A stretch of 64,000 nt of DNA, taken from Candidatus Latescibacterota bacterium (GTDB taxonomy: Bacteria; Latescibacterota; UBA2968; UBA8231). A program made the translations under genes and the position numbers. The notes under the pieces were generated by a model. That model saw nothing but the letters and a program-made list of their open reading frames with translations, ran no database searches and was not told where the DNA came from. The stretch lies in contig OZ242214.1 of NCBI GenBank assembly GCA_965206595.1, forward strand, positions 5,664,001 through 5,728,000. The letters run 5' to 3'. Numbering within the stretch: the stretch's first letter is position 1; the number at the start of each line of letters is the position of its first letter. Of this stretch, positions 10,259 through 20,476 are shown piece after piece.

Positions 10259-13200
10259 CTAAAACGTCCGGCGAGAGGATTCGTCAAGCAATCGGTCCCG
10301 CGTTTTCCTGATTTCTTTAATCACCGAGTCAATCTCCTCGTGGCATCGCCACGCCGGTATCCGCAGGACTGTCCAACCGAGGTTGGACAGGACGCGGTCT
10401 CGTGTAATGTCTTGGCGCCGTTGTCGGCCTCTAGCGTCAAGGTGCTGATCGCCGTCAACTTCGATGTTCAGCTTGATCCCCTGTTCCAGTAGGGCGAAGT
10501 CCAGCTCGTACCCCTCCACCTCGGGTTTGGCGTAGGGCAACAGGTCCCGGAGTTGCATGGCGTTAAGCAGGAGTTTCTCAGACGTGCTGTCCGTGCGGAA
10601 CTCGGCGGACGGCGAACCCGTGCCCTCATTCCGGGCGACCTCATCGCGCAGATAGACCCGCAGGGAGGCCAAGGTTGGACTCCCCAAATCTCCCATGAGC
10701 GGGTGACCGAGAACGATTAGCACTCGACGGGCGCGGCTGACAGCCACGTTAAGGAGGTTTCTCTCTTTTTCTATCCAGCGGGCGCCGCTCTTGGACATGC
10801 CGGGCGAGAGCACGGAAGAAAGAACGATCCCATCACGCTCGTCTCCCTGCAGGCGGTGCGCGGTTCCGCTTACAAAATCGATGTCGTCCAGGAGATCCTG
10901 GCCGAATTGCGTTTTGGCTATCTGACCGATGAGCCGCGCCTGCGCGGTGAATGGAGTTACCACGCCGACGGTCTTGTAACCGGATTCGATTACGCCACGA
11001 AGTTGTTTCACAGTTTCCTCTGCCTCTGCCTGGTTTAGCCAGCTTCCAGTGGCGGGCCGTACTGCCGCGCCGTCGACATCGCACCAGTAGATGGCACGAT
11101 CACGCTGGGATGTATCAGAGACATCCGTCAATACGGTGAGTTCACCCTTGTAGAACGTCTTGTTGAACCAACTGGCGATGTGTGGGTGGCAGCGGTAGTG
11201 CTCGTTGAGAAGAACTGGTGATTGGGGTCTTGCGGTAAACTCGAACGCCGAGTAAGCCGAACCATCCTTGTGGTGGATGCCCCGGTGGCGTAGATCGTCG
11301 TTGTCGAACCCCGTCTGGGTGGCGATCTCCTGTAAGCGTCCATCGCTGAGGGAAACGATCGGATTCAGTTGGTATGGATCCCCCACGACCGCCAAACGTT
11401 TTGCACGGTAGGCCAACGGCAGCAGGGCCGCGAGGCTGCACTGGCTGGCCTCGTCGACGATCACGAGGTCAAACAGTCCTGATTCCAAGGGGAAGTTGGA
11501 ATGCGCTGTTAATGCCGTGCACGCCCAGCCTCGTAAGTGGTGAAGCGAATTGCCAATTGCTCTTTTAAAGCGGTCGCCGTTGGCGGGGATTGTGCCGAAA
11601 GCTGCTAGACGGTCAGCACCGGAGGAGACTCGTGTTGCCGTGTCCACGCGAATTGCGTAGAGGCTTGCATCTGCCCATTTCTGGTCTGCTTCGCGCACAC
11701 TGGTCGACGGGTCGCCCACCGCGGATTTCAGTTGTTGACGTTCAACTCGTCCAATTTCCAACTGGGAGGTCAGCTTTGCTATGCGCCGATCAATCCGAGC
11801 CCAGGAGACGAGTTGCTCCAATGGAGCGGTTTCATGGCAACCGAGTCGGCGGCGGAAGCGAAGCGCGCGGAAGCGACGGAACAACCACGTCCTCAACAAC
11901 CGTTTGGTTCGTCGCTCTATTTCGTGGGAACTGATGGGCAGTTCAGGAGAACTCGCGTTAGTCCAGAGTATTCGCGCCGCCTCTTTCAAGGCTGGCGCGA
12001 GTTTCTTTTGCTCCTCTACAAGCTGCAACAGTTTTACATCCAGTTCGTCCAGCCGCGCCAATTTCTCCATTAGCTGGGTGCGCTCAGTGGCGACTCGCTT
12101 CAACTGGGCGCGCGCTGCGGCTTGGTTGCCGCGGTGCGCTGCCGCCTGAGTCGACGCCGCGGTAATGCGATCCGGAACCTGCTCGCGCACGTCGCGATTG
12201 CCGGTGCGGACTAACAAGCCGCTACTCACGTCCTTTTCCGCACGGTCGACGGCCACGTCAACCGCACCATTGTTGGTCGAGGTCACCAAGACTTTGTCGC
12301 CGTCCAGCCACGCGTTCGTGACCGCGTTGACTACGAGTTGCGTCTTGCCGGTCCCGGGTGGACCGGTCACGACCGTCAGAGGTTCTCTGCGGAGACGCTC
12401 GAGTGCTTCCTCCTGTGATTGGTTGCATACAAGTGGAGCCGCAAGAGGCCCGGACGGGGGTCGCTTGTTTTCCTTCTGCGCGAAACCGTTGAGGAGAAGA
12501 TGTGCCGCAGCCGTAGTCGACCAGTCTTCTCGGGTCTGCAGTTGTCGCAGTTCCTCGCGAAGGGTGCTGGTGTATCCAGACCACTCTGCCACAACCGAAA
12601 TCGCGGCGTTGTAGACGCCCTTTTTGCGACCGATGTTCGATTCGAGGATTCGAGCGTTGAGAGGCGACAAGATCTGGAGTCCGAGCAGGTCGGCCGTTCG
12701 TTCGGCGAGGGCACCAAAAGCGTCGGTATCTCCGAATGGCAAGCCGTGACTTAACAGCTCGCTGATGTCTTCGGCGATCGAAGGGTCGAAGATACCGCTT
12801 GCCGTGATGGCCAAGTTGAACTCTGGCTCCATAGTAGCGTGAAGTATCCACTGGTAGTTGGGGCCTCGTTCCGGTTCGATCTGGACAGCGAAAAGAGGAG
12901 CAACCTTGGGTGTGTGATCGCGGTCGGTTACGACGATAGTCGGCCAGCCGTAGATGATCGACCGTGTGCGAGACCTCAGTTTATCGGGGAGCTCTCCGGG
13001 CGCCGGCGTCGAGTCGCTTTGCCCGACCACAAGTTTCTCTTCCCCAAGGTGTAGAAACCACTGAGAATTCTCTTTTACGTACGGGACCAGTGATTTCGCT
13101 GCTTCCGCTTCAATGCACCGTTGCGCATAATCGCATAGTTGCTGCCAGGAAGTTTGCGTGCTGTTGGCAACCGGCTGTGACGCGCTCGGACTGCGCGGTG

Positions 13201-13411
13201 CTTTCGTTGCCCTATCCCGCGAACCGCCCTCTGTGTTATCCGTTGAGACTTGGACCGAGGGACCCGCACCACCTGTGCAGTCTATACACCAGACCCCTTT
13301 TGACGATGGTGACCAGTGGGCGCGCTCACCCGCTTTCAGGCTCGTCGCGCACGATCGGCAGCGTCCATCGTACTTCAGTGAGATGAAACGTAGATCTTTG
13401 GGTAGTTCCAT
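10259..13411 (-). CDS. SF1 (DNA2/Upf1-like) helicase with N-terminal Cys motif and C-terminal DUF559/Vsr-like endonuclease
   Basis: GPPGTGKT, VDEASQ, VGDPYQL, HYRCHP, LNVAVSRAR; C-terminus YELDFA..IEVDGDQH..RDRVLSNLGWTVLRI; CRSC...WCIDC. Confidence 0.92.
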   Translation of the reverse strand: MELPKDLRFISLKYDGRCRSCATSLKAGERAHWSPSSKGVWCIDCTGGAGPSVQVSTDNTEGGSRDRATKAPRSPSASQPVANSTQTSWQQLCDYAQRCIEAEAAKSLVPYVKENSQWFLHLGEEKLVVGQSDSTPAPGELPDKLRSRTRSIIYGWPTIVVTDRDHTPKVAPLFAVQIEPERGPNYQWILHATMEPEFNLAITASGIFDPSIAEDISELLSHGLPFGDTDAFGALAERTADLLGLQILSPLNARILESNIGRKKGVYNAAISVVAEWSGYTSTLREELRQLQTREDWSTTAAAHLLLNGFAQKENKRPPSGPLAAPLVCNQSQEEALERLRREPLTVVTGPPGTGKTQLVVNAVTNAWLDGDKVLVTSTNNGAVDVAVDRAEKDVSSGLLVRTGNRDVREQVPDRITAASTQAAAHRGNQAAARAQLKRVATERTQLMEKLARLDELDVKLLQLVEEQKKLAPALKEAARILWTNASSPELPISSHEIERRTKRLLRTWLFRRFRALRFRRRLGCHETAPLEQLVSWARIDRRIAKLTSQLEIGRVERQQLKSAVGDPSTSVREADQKWADASLYAIRVDTATRVSSGADRLAAFGTIPANGDRFKRAIGNSLHHLRGWACTALTAHSNFPLESGLFDLVIVDEASQCSLAALLPLAYRAKRLAVVGDPYQLNPIVSLSDGRLQEIATQTGFDNDDLRHRGIHHKDGSAYSAFEFTARPQSPVLLNEHYRCHPHIASWFNKTFYKGELTVLTDVSDTSQRDRAIYWCDVDGAAVRPATGSWLNQAEAEETVKQLRGVIESGYKTVGVVTPFTAQARLIGQIAKTQFGQDLLDDIDFVSGTAHRLQGDERDGIVLSSVLSPGMSKSGARWIEKERNLLNVAVSRARRVLIVLGHPLMGDLGSPTLASLRVYLRDEVARNEGTGSPSAEFRTDSTSEKLLLNAMQLRDLLPYAKPEVEGYELDFALLEQGIKLNIEVDGDQHLDARGRQRRQDITRDRVLSNLGWTVLRIPAWRCHEEIDSVIKEIRKTRDRLLDESSRRTF

Positions 13412-13779
13412 CACCGGTCCTCAGAGAGAGACTGTTTTAAAGTCCCTCATTCCATTCCTTGCGCGTAAAAAAAGCACCTAGCGCGAGAACATCTCGCCCT
13501 ATGAAAAGTCCCATTACACAGTGCAACAAAATGGTGGGCTCAGTGGACCATCGCCACAGGCATCCTGGCAAATCTCTGGTCTGGTCGTCCAAGACAATGT
13601 TTCGCCAACGCCTGCGGCGGCTCAAAACCAGTCCTCACAAGCCTCACCCATAATTTCCGCTGATTCACCGCAGCGGCCCTTTTCATGCCGGACTCCTTGA
13701 AGCCCTCCGGCGGCGCCGGTAGATTACCAACTCTCCCCAACGCCCCGGCCTCCGGCACACCCGTAACCCACTACGGCTC

Positions 13780-16700
13780 ATGAACATACTGCGCCTCCCC
13801 GGCCCGAACGCCCTGTCCGATTTTCGCCGGGAGGCGCTGCTGCAGCGCTGCCGGCAGGCCGAGCCCGCGGTCCGGGGGCTGGAGGCGCGCCATTTCTACC
13901 TGGTCCGCTGGGAAGGCGGCGACCTCGGCCGACTGGATGCCCTGGTCTTCGCCGCCGCCGCCGGCCCGGACCGCCCCGGCTCCGACCGCCCCAACACCCC
14001 CGCAGCCACTTCGATCTGCATCGCCCCGCGGCCCGGGACCATCTCCCCCTGGTCGACCAAGGCGACCGACATCCTGCGCAACTGCGGGCTCACCTCGGTG
14101 GCCCGCATCGAGCGCGGCACCGAGTACCGGATCCTCGCCGACGGCCCTTTCTCCGCCGCCTCCCTGCTGCCCCTGCTGCACGACCGCATGACCGAGGCGG
14201 TGCTGCATGAAGACGCCGCCCTGTTCTCCGAGGTCGCTCCCCGGCCGCTGCAACGGGTATCCCTCGCGGAAGGGGCCGCGGCCCTGGAGCGCGCCAACGG
14301 GGAGATGGGCCTGGCCCTGTCCGCGGACGAGATCCGCTACCTGTTCGACGCCTTCGCCGGCCTCCGGCGCGACCCGACCGACGTCGAGCTGGTGATGTTC
14401 GCCAACGTCAATTCCGAGCACTGCCGCCACAAGATCTTCAACGCGGACTGGACCATCGACGGCGCCCGGCGCGAGCGCTCCCTGTTCGCCATGATCCGCA
14501 ACACCCACGCGCGCTGCCCGCAGGGGACGGTGAAGGCGTACTCCGACAACGCCGGTGTCATCGAGGGCTGGCGGACGCCGTCGTTCCGCCCCGGCTCGGA
14601 GGGTCCCTTCGCCTACGGGTACCGCGACGAGCTCAACCACATCCTCTGCAAGGTGGAGACCCACAACCACCCGACGGCGATCTCTCCCTTCCCGGGGGCC
14701 TCGACCGGGGTCGGCGGCGAGATCCGCGACGAGGGGGCGACCGGCATCGGCGGCCAGTCCCAGGCGGGGCTCTGCGCCTTCTACACCTCCCACCTGCGCA
14801 TCCCGGGATTCGCGCAGCCCTGGGAGCGCGACTTCGCCGAGTTCCCGGAGCGCCTGGCGACGCCGCTGCAGATCATGACCGACGGCCCCCTCGGCGGCGC
14901 CGCCTTCGGCAACGAGTTCGGCCGCCCCAACATCCTCGGCCTCTTCCGCACTTTCGAGGAGACCGCGGCTGGCCGCTACTGCGGCTACCACAAGCCGATC
15001 ATGGTGGCCGGCGGGGTCGGCCTGATCGCCGCCGGGCAGGTCGAGAAGAAGCTGCCGCAACCGGGGGACCGGGTGGTGCAGCTCGGGGGGCCGGCGATGC
15101 TGATCGGGCTGGGCGGCGGCTACGCCTCGAGCATGGACAGCGGCAGCAACCTCGCCGACCTCGACTTCGCCTCGGTGCAGCGGGACAACCCGGAGATGCA
15201 GCGCCGCTGCCAGGAGCTGATCAGCCGCTGCATCTCCCTGGGCGGCGGCAACCCCATCGTCAGCATCCACGACGTCGGCGCCGGGGGGCTGTCGAACGCC
15301 TGCCCGGAGCTGGTTGAGGAACAGGGGGCCCGCTTCGACCTGCGCGCGATCCCCAACGACGACCCGGGCATGAGCCCGATGGAGATCTGGTGCAACGAGG
15401 CGCAGGAGCGCTTCGTGCTGGTGGTGCGGGCGGAGGACCTCGCGCGCTTCGAGCGCCTCGCGCGCCGCGAGCGCTGCCTCTACGCCGTCATCGGCGAGAT
15501 CACCGGCGACGGCAACCTCTCCGTATCCGACCCGCTGCTCGGCGGCGACCCGGTGGGAGAGCTGCCGCTCGAGGTCATCCTCGGCAAGCCGCCGCGCATG
15601 CACCGCGACGTGAGCCGGGGCCGGAGCAGGCCGGACCCCTTGGACCTTTCCGGGGTTACCATCGCCGAAGCCGTCCAGCGCCTGCTGCGCTTCCCCGCGG
15701 TAGCCGACAAGACCTTTCTCATTACAATAGGCGACCGCACCGTCACCGGGCTCGTCGCCCGCGACCAGATGGCCGGCCCCTGGCAGACGCCGATCGCCGA
15801 CGTCGCCGTGACCGCGGCCTCGTTCCGGGACTTCCGCGGCTCCGCCATGGCCATGGGGGAGCGCGCGCCGCTGGCGCTGATCCACCCGCCGGCCTCGGGG
15901 CGCATGGCGATCGCCGAGGCGGTCACCAACATCGCCGCGGCCCGGATCGGCGCCATCGAGAAGGTCAAGCTCTCGGCCAACTGGATGTGCGCCTGCGGCG
16001 AGGAAGGGGAGGACGCCGCCCTCTACGACACCGTCGAGGCGGTCGGCATGGAGTTCTGCCCGCGGCTCGGGGTCTCGATTCCGGTCGGCAAGGACTCCCT
16101 GTCGATGCGCGCGGCCTGGCGCGACAGCCGCGGCCGCGAGCACTCCATCGCCGCCCCTCTCAGCCTGGTGGTCTCGGCGTTCGCCCCGGTGGCCGACATC
16201 CGCGCCACGGTCACCCCGGACCTCAAGCCGGAAGCGGACAGCCGCCTGCTGCTGGTCGACCTGGGGCGCGGCCGCAACCGCCTCGGCGGCTCCTGCCTGG
16301 CCCAGGTCTACAGCCAGGTCGGAGACGACGCCCCGGACGTCGAACCCGAGGACGTGCGCCGGCTGTTCGCCGCGGTGCAGGAGCTGATCGCCGAGGGGCT
16401 GCTGCTCGCCTACCATGACCGCTCCGACGGCGGCCTCTTCGTCGCCGCCGCGGAGATGGCCTTCGGCGCCCGCACCGGGCTGGAGCTGACCATCGACGGG
16501 CTCGGCGAGGATCCGCTGGCGGCGCTGTTCTCCGAGGAAATCGGCGCCCTGCTGCAGGTCCGCGGCGCCGATCTCGAGCGCGTGCTGAAGGTGCTGGCGG
16601 CGCACGGGCTGGAGGACTGCGCGCACACCGTCGGCCGTCCGGGCAGCGGGGGGCCCAGCCTCCAGGACAGCGGAGACACCAGCCCGGATAACAGCGGCAC

Positions 16701-17778
16701 CGGTCCGGACAGCAGCGGGGCCGGTCGCCAAAACAGCCGCGACAGGCCAGACCCCTGCGAGATCGCAGTCCGCCGTAACGGCGCCGAGATCTTCCGGGAA
16801 TCCGCGGCGGAGCTGAAGGCCGCCTGGTCCGAGCTGACCTTCCGCATGCAGGCCCTGCGCGACAACCCGGACTGCGCCGAAGAGGAGCGGGCCTTCAACG
16901 CCGACTTCACCGACCCGGGGCCGCGCTACGCAGTGGCTTTCGACCCGGCCTCGACGGCCCCGGACAAATCCGAACCGAAAACGCAGGGGATCGGCCTGAC
17001 GGCTCCGCGCGCCGCCATCCTCCGCGAGCAGGGCATAAACGGCCAGGTCGAGATGGCCGCGGCCTTCGACGCCGCCGGGTTCGAGGCGGTCGACGTCACC
17101 ATGACCGACCTCATCGACGGCCGCGCCGACCTCGCGGAATTCCAGGGGCTGGCCGCCTGCGGGGGCTTCAGCTACGGCGACGTGCTCGGAGCCGGCGCCG
17201 GGTGGGCGCGCTCGATCCTCTTCAACGAGCCGCTCCGCGGCATGTTTGCCGCCTTCTTCGAGCGCCCCGGCACGGTGACCCTCGGGGTCTGCAACGGCTG
17301 CCAGATGCTCGCCCATCTCGCCGCGCTGATTCCCGGCAGCGAGGGCTGGCCGCGCTTCGCCCGCAACCGCAGCGAGCAGTTCGAGGCGCGCCAGGTCACC
17401 GTCGAGGTCGAGCCGACGCGTTCGGTGCTGCTGTCCGCCATGGAGGGATCGCGCCTGCCGATCGCCGTCGCCCACGGCGAGGGCCGGGTCGAGTTCCCGG
17501 AGGGGGGTTTCGAACGGCTGTCGGCGAACCGCCAGCTCGGCCTGCGCTACGTCGACAACCGCGGGCAGGCCGCCGCCAGCTACCCGTTCAACCCGAACGG
17601 CTCGACCGCGGGAGTGGCCGCGGTGACCAGCGCCGACGGACGCGTCACCATCATGATGCCGCACCCGGAGCGGGTCTTCCGCAACGTGCAGCTTTCCTAC
17701 CGCCCCCGGGACTGGGACGCATCCGCCTTCAGCCCGTGGATCGAGCTGTTTCGCGGGGCGTATCGCTTTGTTGTGTGA
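13780..17778 (+). CDS. purL: Phosphoribosylformylglycinamidine synthase (large type)
   Basis: NSEHCRHKIFNA, KVETHNHPT, GGFSYGD, GVCNGCQ, MMPHPER. Confidence 0.98.
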   Translation: MNILRLPGPNALSDFRREALLQRCRQAEPAVRGLEARHFYLVRWEGGDLGRLDALVFAAAAGPDRPGSDRPNTPAATSICIAPRPGTISPWSTKATDILRNCGLTSVARIERGTEYRILADGPFSAASLLPLLHDRMTEAVLHEDAALFSEVAPRPLQRVSLAEGAAALERANGEMGLALSADEIRYLFDAFAGLRRDPTDVELVMFANVNSEHCRHKIFNADWTIDGARRERSLFAMIRNTHARCPQGTVKAYSDNAGVIEGWRTPSFRPGSEGPFAYGYRDELNHILCKVETHNHPTAISPFPGASTGVGGEIRDEGATGIGGQSQAGLCAFYTSHLRIPGFAQPWERDFAEFPERLATPLQIMTDGPLGGAAFGNEFGRPNILGLFRTFEETAAGRYCGYHKPIMVAGGVGLIAAGQVEKKLPQPGDRVVQLGGPAMLIGLGGGYASSMDSGSNLADLDFASVQRDNPEMQRRCQELISRCISLGGGNPIVSIHDVGAGGLSNACPELVEEQGARFDLRAIPNDDPGMSPMEIWCNEAQERFVLVVRAEDLARFERLARRERCLYAVIGEITGDGNLSVSDPLLGGDPVGELPLEVILGKPPRMHRDVSRGRSRPDPLDLSGVTIAEAVQRLLRFPAVADKTFLITIGDRTVTGLVARDQMAGPWQTPIADVAVTAASFRDFRGSAMAMGERAPLALIHPPASGRMAIAEAVTNIAAARIGAIEKVKLSANWMCACGEEGEDAALYDTVEAVGMEFCPRLGVSIPVGKDSLSMRAAWRDSRGREHSIAAPLSLVVSAFAPVADIRATVTPDLKPEADSRLLLVDLGRGRNRLGGSCLAQVYSQVGDDAPDVEPEDVRRLFAAVQELIAEGLLLAYHDRSDGGLFVAAAEMAFGARTGLELTIDGLGEDPLAALFSEEIGALLQVRGADLERVLKVLAAHGLEDCAHTVGRPGSGGPSLQDSGDTSPDNSGTGPDSSGAGRQNSRDRPDPCEIAVRRNGAEIFRESAAELKAAWSELTFRMQALRDNPDCAEEERAFNADFTDPGPRYAVAFDPASTAPDKSEPKTQGIGLTAPRAAILREQGINGQVEMAAAFDAAGFEAVDVTMTDLIDGRADLAEFQGLAACGGFSYGDVLGAGAGWARSILFNEPLRGMFAAFFERPGTVTLGVCNGCQMLAHLAALIPGSEGWPRFARNRSEQFEARQVTVEVEPTRSVLLSAMEGSRLPIAVAHGEGRVEFPEGGFERLSANRQLGLRYVDNRGQAAASYPFNPNGSTAGVAAVTSADGRVTIMMPHPERVFRNVQLSYRPRDWDASAFSPWIELFRGAYRFVV
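16666..16753 (+). repeat. Degenerate 21-nt tandem repeat inserted in frame in purL
   Basis: Encodes DSGDTSP/DNSGTGP/DSSGAGR/QNSRDRP. Confidence 0.65.
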
Positions 17779-17788
17779 TTGAATTGTC

Positions 17789-17812
17789 CGGCGCCTTTCG
17801 GGGCGCCGTTTT
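17789..17812 (+). terminator. Possible intrinsic terminator after purL
   Basis: cggcgcc-tttcgg-ggcgccg-tttt. Confidence 0.5.
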
Positions 17813-17852
17813 CCGGGCGCCGAGCGCGGCGCCGAGCCTGGAGGGATTCGCT

Positions 17853-18590
17853 ATGACCGACGGACAGCAGATCGACATGACCCCGCTCGACTACGGGCGC
17901 TCGTTCCTGATCGGGAAGGGGGCCGCCAACGAGGTGCGCTTCTGGATCGAGTCGCGCACCCGCATCGTCGACGACGTGGAAGGTGTCTGCGAGGATTTCT
18001 ACCAGACCGCCTCCTGCAAGAGCGAGAACACCTTCGGCGAGAAGGACCTGTTCCTGCGGGACAACTACGACTTCCTGCCGATCTTCAGCGCCCGCCACGG
18101 CCTGATCTTCCGGCGCCACGCCTACCTCAGCGACCGCTACCGGGACACGCGGCCCTACGAGGAGATGTTCGGCGGCTACGACCTGCACCTGGTGGAAGGG
18201 CCGTCGGTTCGCGAGCTGCCCTCGAACTCCGCGGTCCGCGAGGAGACCTACCGTTTCGCCCCGCTGGTGTCGCAGACCGGGATCGGCAACGGCGACACCG
18301 GCCTGCGGGCCCTGATCGAGTGCCCGGTGAAGACGATGAACACCCGCCGCGAGGACGACATCTACCAGGTCGACACCGGTCCGCTCGCCTTCCCCGACCT
18401 GTCGCAGCGGCGCGAGCGGCTCGTCGACTGCCTGGCGCTCGCCTTCGTCGCCTTCAACACCCCCCACTTCGCCGACTTCGTGATCGAGGCGCCGACCGTG
18501 ATCGACGCGGGGCACCCCGACCTTCAGGTCCGGCATTTCTCGGAGATCGTCAGCCTGCCGGCGCGCAACCGGCTGTTCGCGGTCGAGTAG
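17853..18590 (+). CDS. Hypothetical protein
   Basis: RBS GGAGGG, GC3-biased ORF MTDGQQIDMTPLDYGRSF. Confidence 0.8.
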   Translation: MTDGQQIDMTPLDYGRSFLIGKGAANEVRFWIESRTRIVDDVEGVCEDFYQTASCKSENTFGEKDLFLRDNYDFLPIFSARHGLIFRRHAYLSDRYRDTRPYEEMFGGYDLHLVEGPSVRELPSNSAVREETYRFAPLVSQTGIGNGDTGLRALIECPVKTMNTRREDDIYQVDTGPLAFPDLSQRRERLVDCLALAFVAFNTPHFADFVIEAPTVIDAGHPDLQVRHFSEIVSLPARNRLFAVE

Positions 18591-18631
18591 GGCTCAGCGG
18601 TCCCAGCCAAGGTCAGCGCCCGGCCAGATCC

Positions 18632-19459
18632 TCAGCGGTCCGGCCATTCGTAGGCCGCCTTCGCGTTCTTCCAGAAGAACTTCTCCGCGGCTTCGGCCCC
18701 CTTCCCGTCGAAGTACTCGCGCACGATGCCGAAGCCGGTCGCGTAGGTCGCGGCCCGCTCGCACACCGGCCAGTTGCTGCCGTAGAACAGCCGCGCCTCG
18801 CCGAAGGCGTTCCACATCGCCTCGAGGGTCGGCCGGTAGTAGTCGAGTTCGGCTGGGGCGGGTTGCACGGCGCTGCTCTCCGTATACGCCGACACCTTCA
18901 TGTAAACCTTGGGATTGGCGCCAGCCGCCTGAATGAAGTCGACCCATTCCTGATCGGGGGGGCCGCCGTCGATCGCCACGTGGGCGACGTGCTCGATCAC
19001 CAGGGTGAGGTCCGGCAGCTCGCGGGCGAGCCGCAGGAAGCCGGCGCGCGCCTCGCCGTCACCCGGCATGCAGTCGAGCACGAGGTTCTTCTCGGCCAGC
19101 AGCTTCGTCTCGTCGAGGAAGCCGCCGTCGAGGTCGCCCCAGGCGCGGATGCCGCGGAAGACCGGATGGGCCGAGAAGCGCTCGACCTGGTCCGCGAATT
19201 GGGGGGTGCCGCTTTCGAGCCTGCCCACGTAGCCGACGATGACGGGGTCGCGGTCGGCCATGTCGAGGATCCACTGGTTGTCCTCGACGGTGCAGGCCGC
19301 CTCGACCACCACGGTCCCGGTCACCCCGTGCGGGGACGCCTCCGCCATGAAGTGCTCGGGCAGCACGGTGCGGTAGAGCAGCTCGTTGTCCGGCGGCGGC
19401 CAGGGCACGCCTTCGGGCCGGGTGGGATCGTAGAAGTGGGTGTGGGTGTCGATGATCAT
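18632..19459 (-). CDS. Amidohydrolase family (lactonase-like)
   Basis: IIDTHTH, VIEHVAH, YGSNWPV. Confidence 0.92.
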   Translation of the reverse strand: MIIDTHTHFYDPTRPEGVPWPPPDNELLYRTVLPEHFMAEASPHGVTGTVVVEAACTVEDNQWILDMADRDPVIVGYVGRLESGTPQFADQVERFSAHPVFRGIRAWGDLDGGFLDETKLLAEKNLVLDCMPGDGEARAGFLRLARELPDLTLVIEHVAHVAIDGGPPDQEWVDFIQAAGANPKVYMKVSAYTESSAVQPAPAELDYYRPTLEAMWNAFGEARLFYGSNWPVCERAATYATGFGIVREYFDGKGAEAAEKFFWKNAKAAYEWPDR

Positions 19460-19496
19460 GGCGGCTCCTCTGAGGTTATCGGGTGAAACGGGTTGG

Positions 19497-20288
19497 TTAT
19501 GCGAGGGCTTCCCGAACTACTTGCCCTGCCCAGTCCTCAGCCGGCGCCACTTCGAGCAGGGCGGCAATGGTCGCCGGGTTGTCGATGATGCTCACCGGCT
19601 CCCGCAGGCTCCGTCCGGGGGATACCGGAGGGCCGGCAATCACCCACGGGATGGTCATGTCCTCGTCCATTTCCGTGCCGTGGGTGCGCTCGTGCCCACC
19701 GTGGTCGCTGGTGACGATGACCACGGTCTCTTCCTGGTCGACCGCCTCCAGCACCGCGCCAATGGCCTCGTCGGCCCTCCCGATGGCAGCGAGATATTCG
19801 GCCGACATCCAGCCGTGATCGTGCCCGGCTATATCCGTGCAGCCGAGGTAGACAAAGGCGAAATCGGGAGTCCATTCCCGCAGCGTCGCCGCGGCCAGGC
19901 CGGCCAATTCCCGATCCCCGTCCGGATCGTTGCAGTTGTTCATGAAATAGGAGCGATCCAGCGAGCCAGGATCGGCCAGGTCGCGCAACGCCTCCCAGTT
20001 GTAGAAAAAGGCGGTGCTCTTGCCGGCCTGGTGCAGCACGTCGACCAGGCTGGGCACGGGCCTGACCTGGGGGACCCAGGTGTTGGTGGTGATGCCGTGC
20101 CGTTGCGGGGTAACGCCGCGAAACATGGAGGTGTGGCAGGGCAAGGTGGAGGAGGGCATTACAGTGCGGGCTGTATAGGTGCAGGCACCCTGGCTGATCA
20201 AGCGGTCGACCCGGGGGGTGGATGCCTGTTTCAAGCCGTCGGGGCGCAGTCCGTCGAGGACAAAGAGGATGACGCGTTGTGGAGACAT
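19497..20288 (-). CDS. Alkaline phosphatase superfamily (nucleotide pyrophosphatase/phosphodiesterase-like)
   Basis: LDGLRPD, PSSTLPCHTS, DIAGHDHGW, TSDHGG. Confidence 0.9.
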   Translation of the reverse strand: MSPQRVILFVLDGLRPDGLKQASTPRVDRLISQGACTYTARTVMPSSTLPCHTSMFRGVTPQRHGITTNTWVPQVRPVPSLVDVLHQAGKSTAFFYNWEALRDLADPGSLDRSYFMNNCNDPDGDRELAGLAAATLREWTPDFAFVYLGCTDIAGHDHGWMSAEYLAAIGRADEAIGAVLEAVDQEETVVIVTSDHGGHERTHGTEMDEDMTIPWVIAGPPVSPGRSLREPVSIIDNPATIAALLEVAPAEDWAGQVVREALA

Positions 20289-20476
20289 GGGGATTCCCTT
20301 CTTTGGGAGGGATTATGCGAATGCCGTGATCTGGAGACCAGGCCCGTTCCCTCTGTGATCTGGATCGCAGGGCAGCAAGCCGACATCGCCGTGGAGACGG
20401 TAACGAAGTCACTGATATAGTCAGGTTATATATCCGACACAATTGGTTCGGGTACAAGCAGTGGTTTTGAGGCGGC

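Noticed and set aside
9956-10492. 178-aa plus-strand ORF
   Set aside because: Overlaps the helicase 3' end in antisense; no recognisable motif or RBS.
16640-16760. Intein in purL
   Set aside because: Too short and lacks the Cys/Ser start and His-Asn end.
13771-17664. 1297-aa minus-strand ORF and similar long antisense ORFs (e.g. 6792-8189, 27766-29295, 41698-43710, 55653-56966, 62895-63887)
   Set aside because: Shadow frames of real GC-rich genes on the opposite strand; no motifs.
20434-20454. ccgacac...ggta as a fifth promoter motif
   Set aside because: Wrong spacing, imperfect second box, and it does not point into a gene start.
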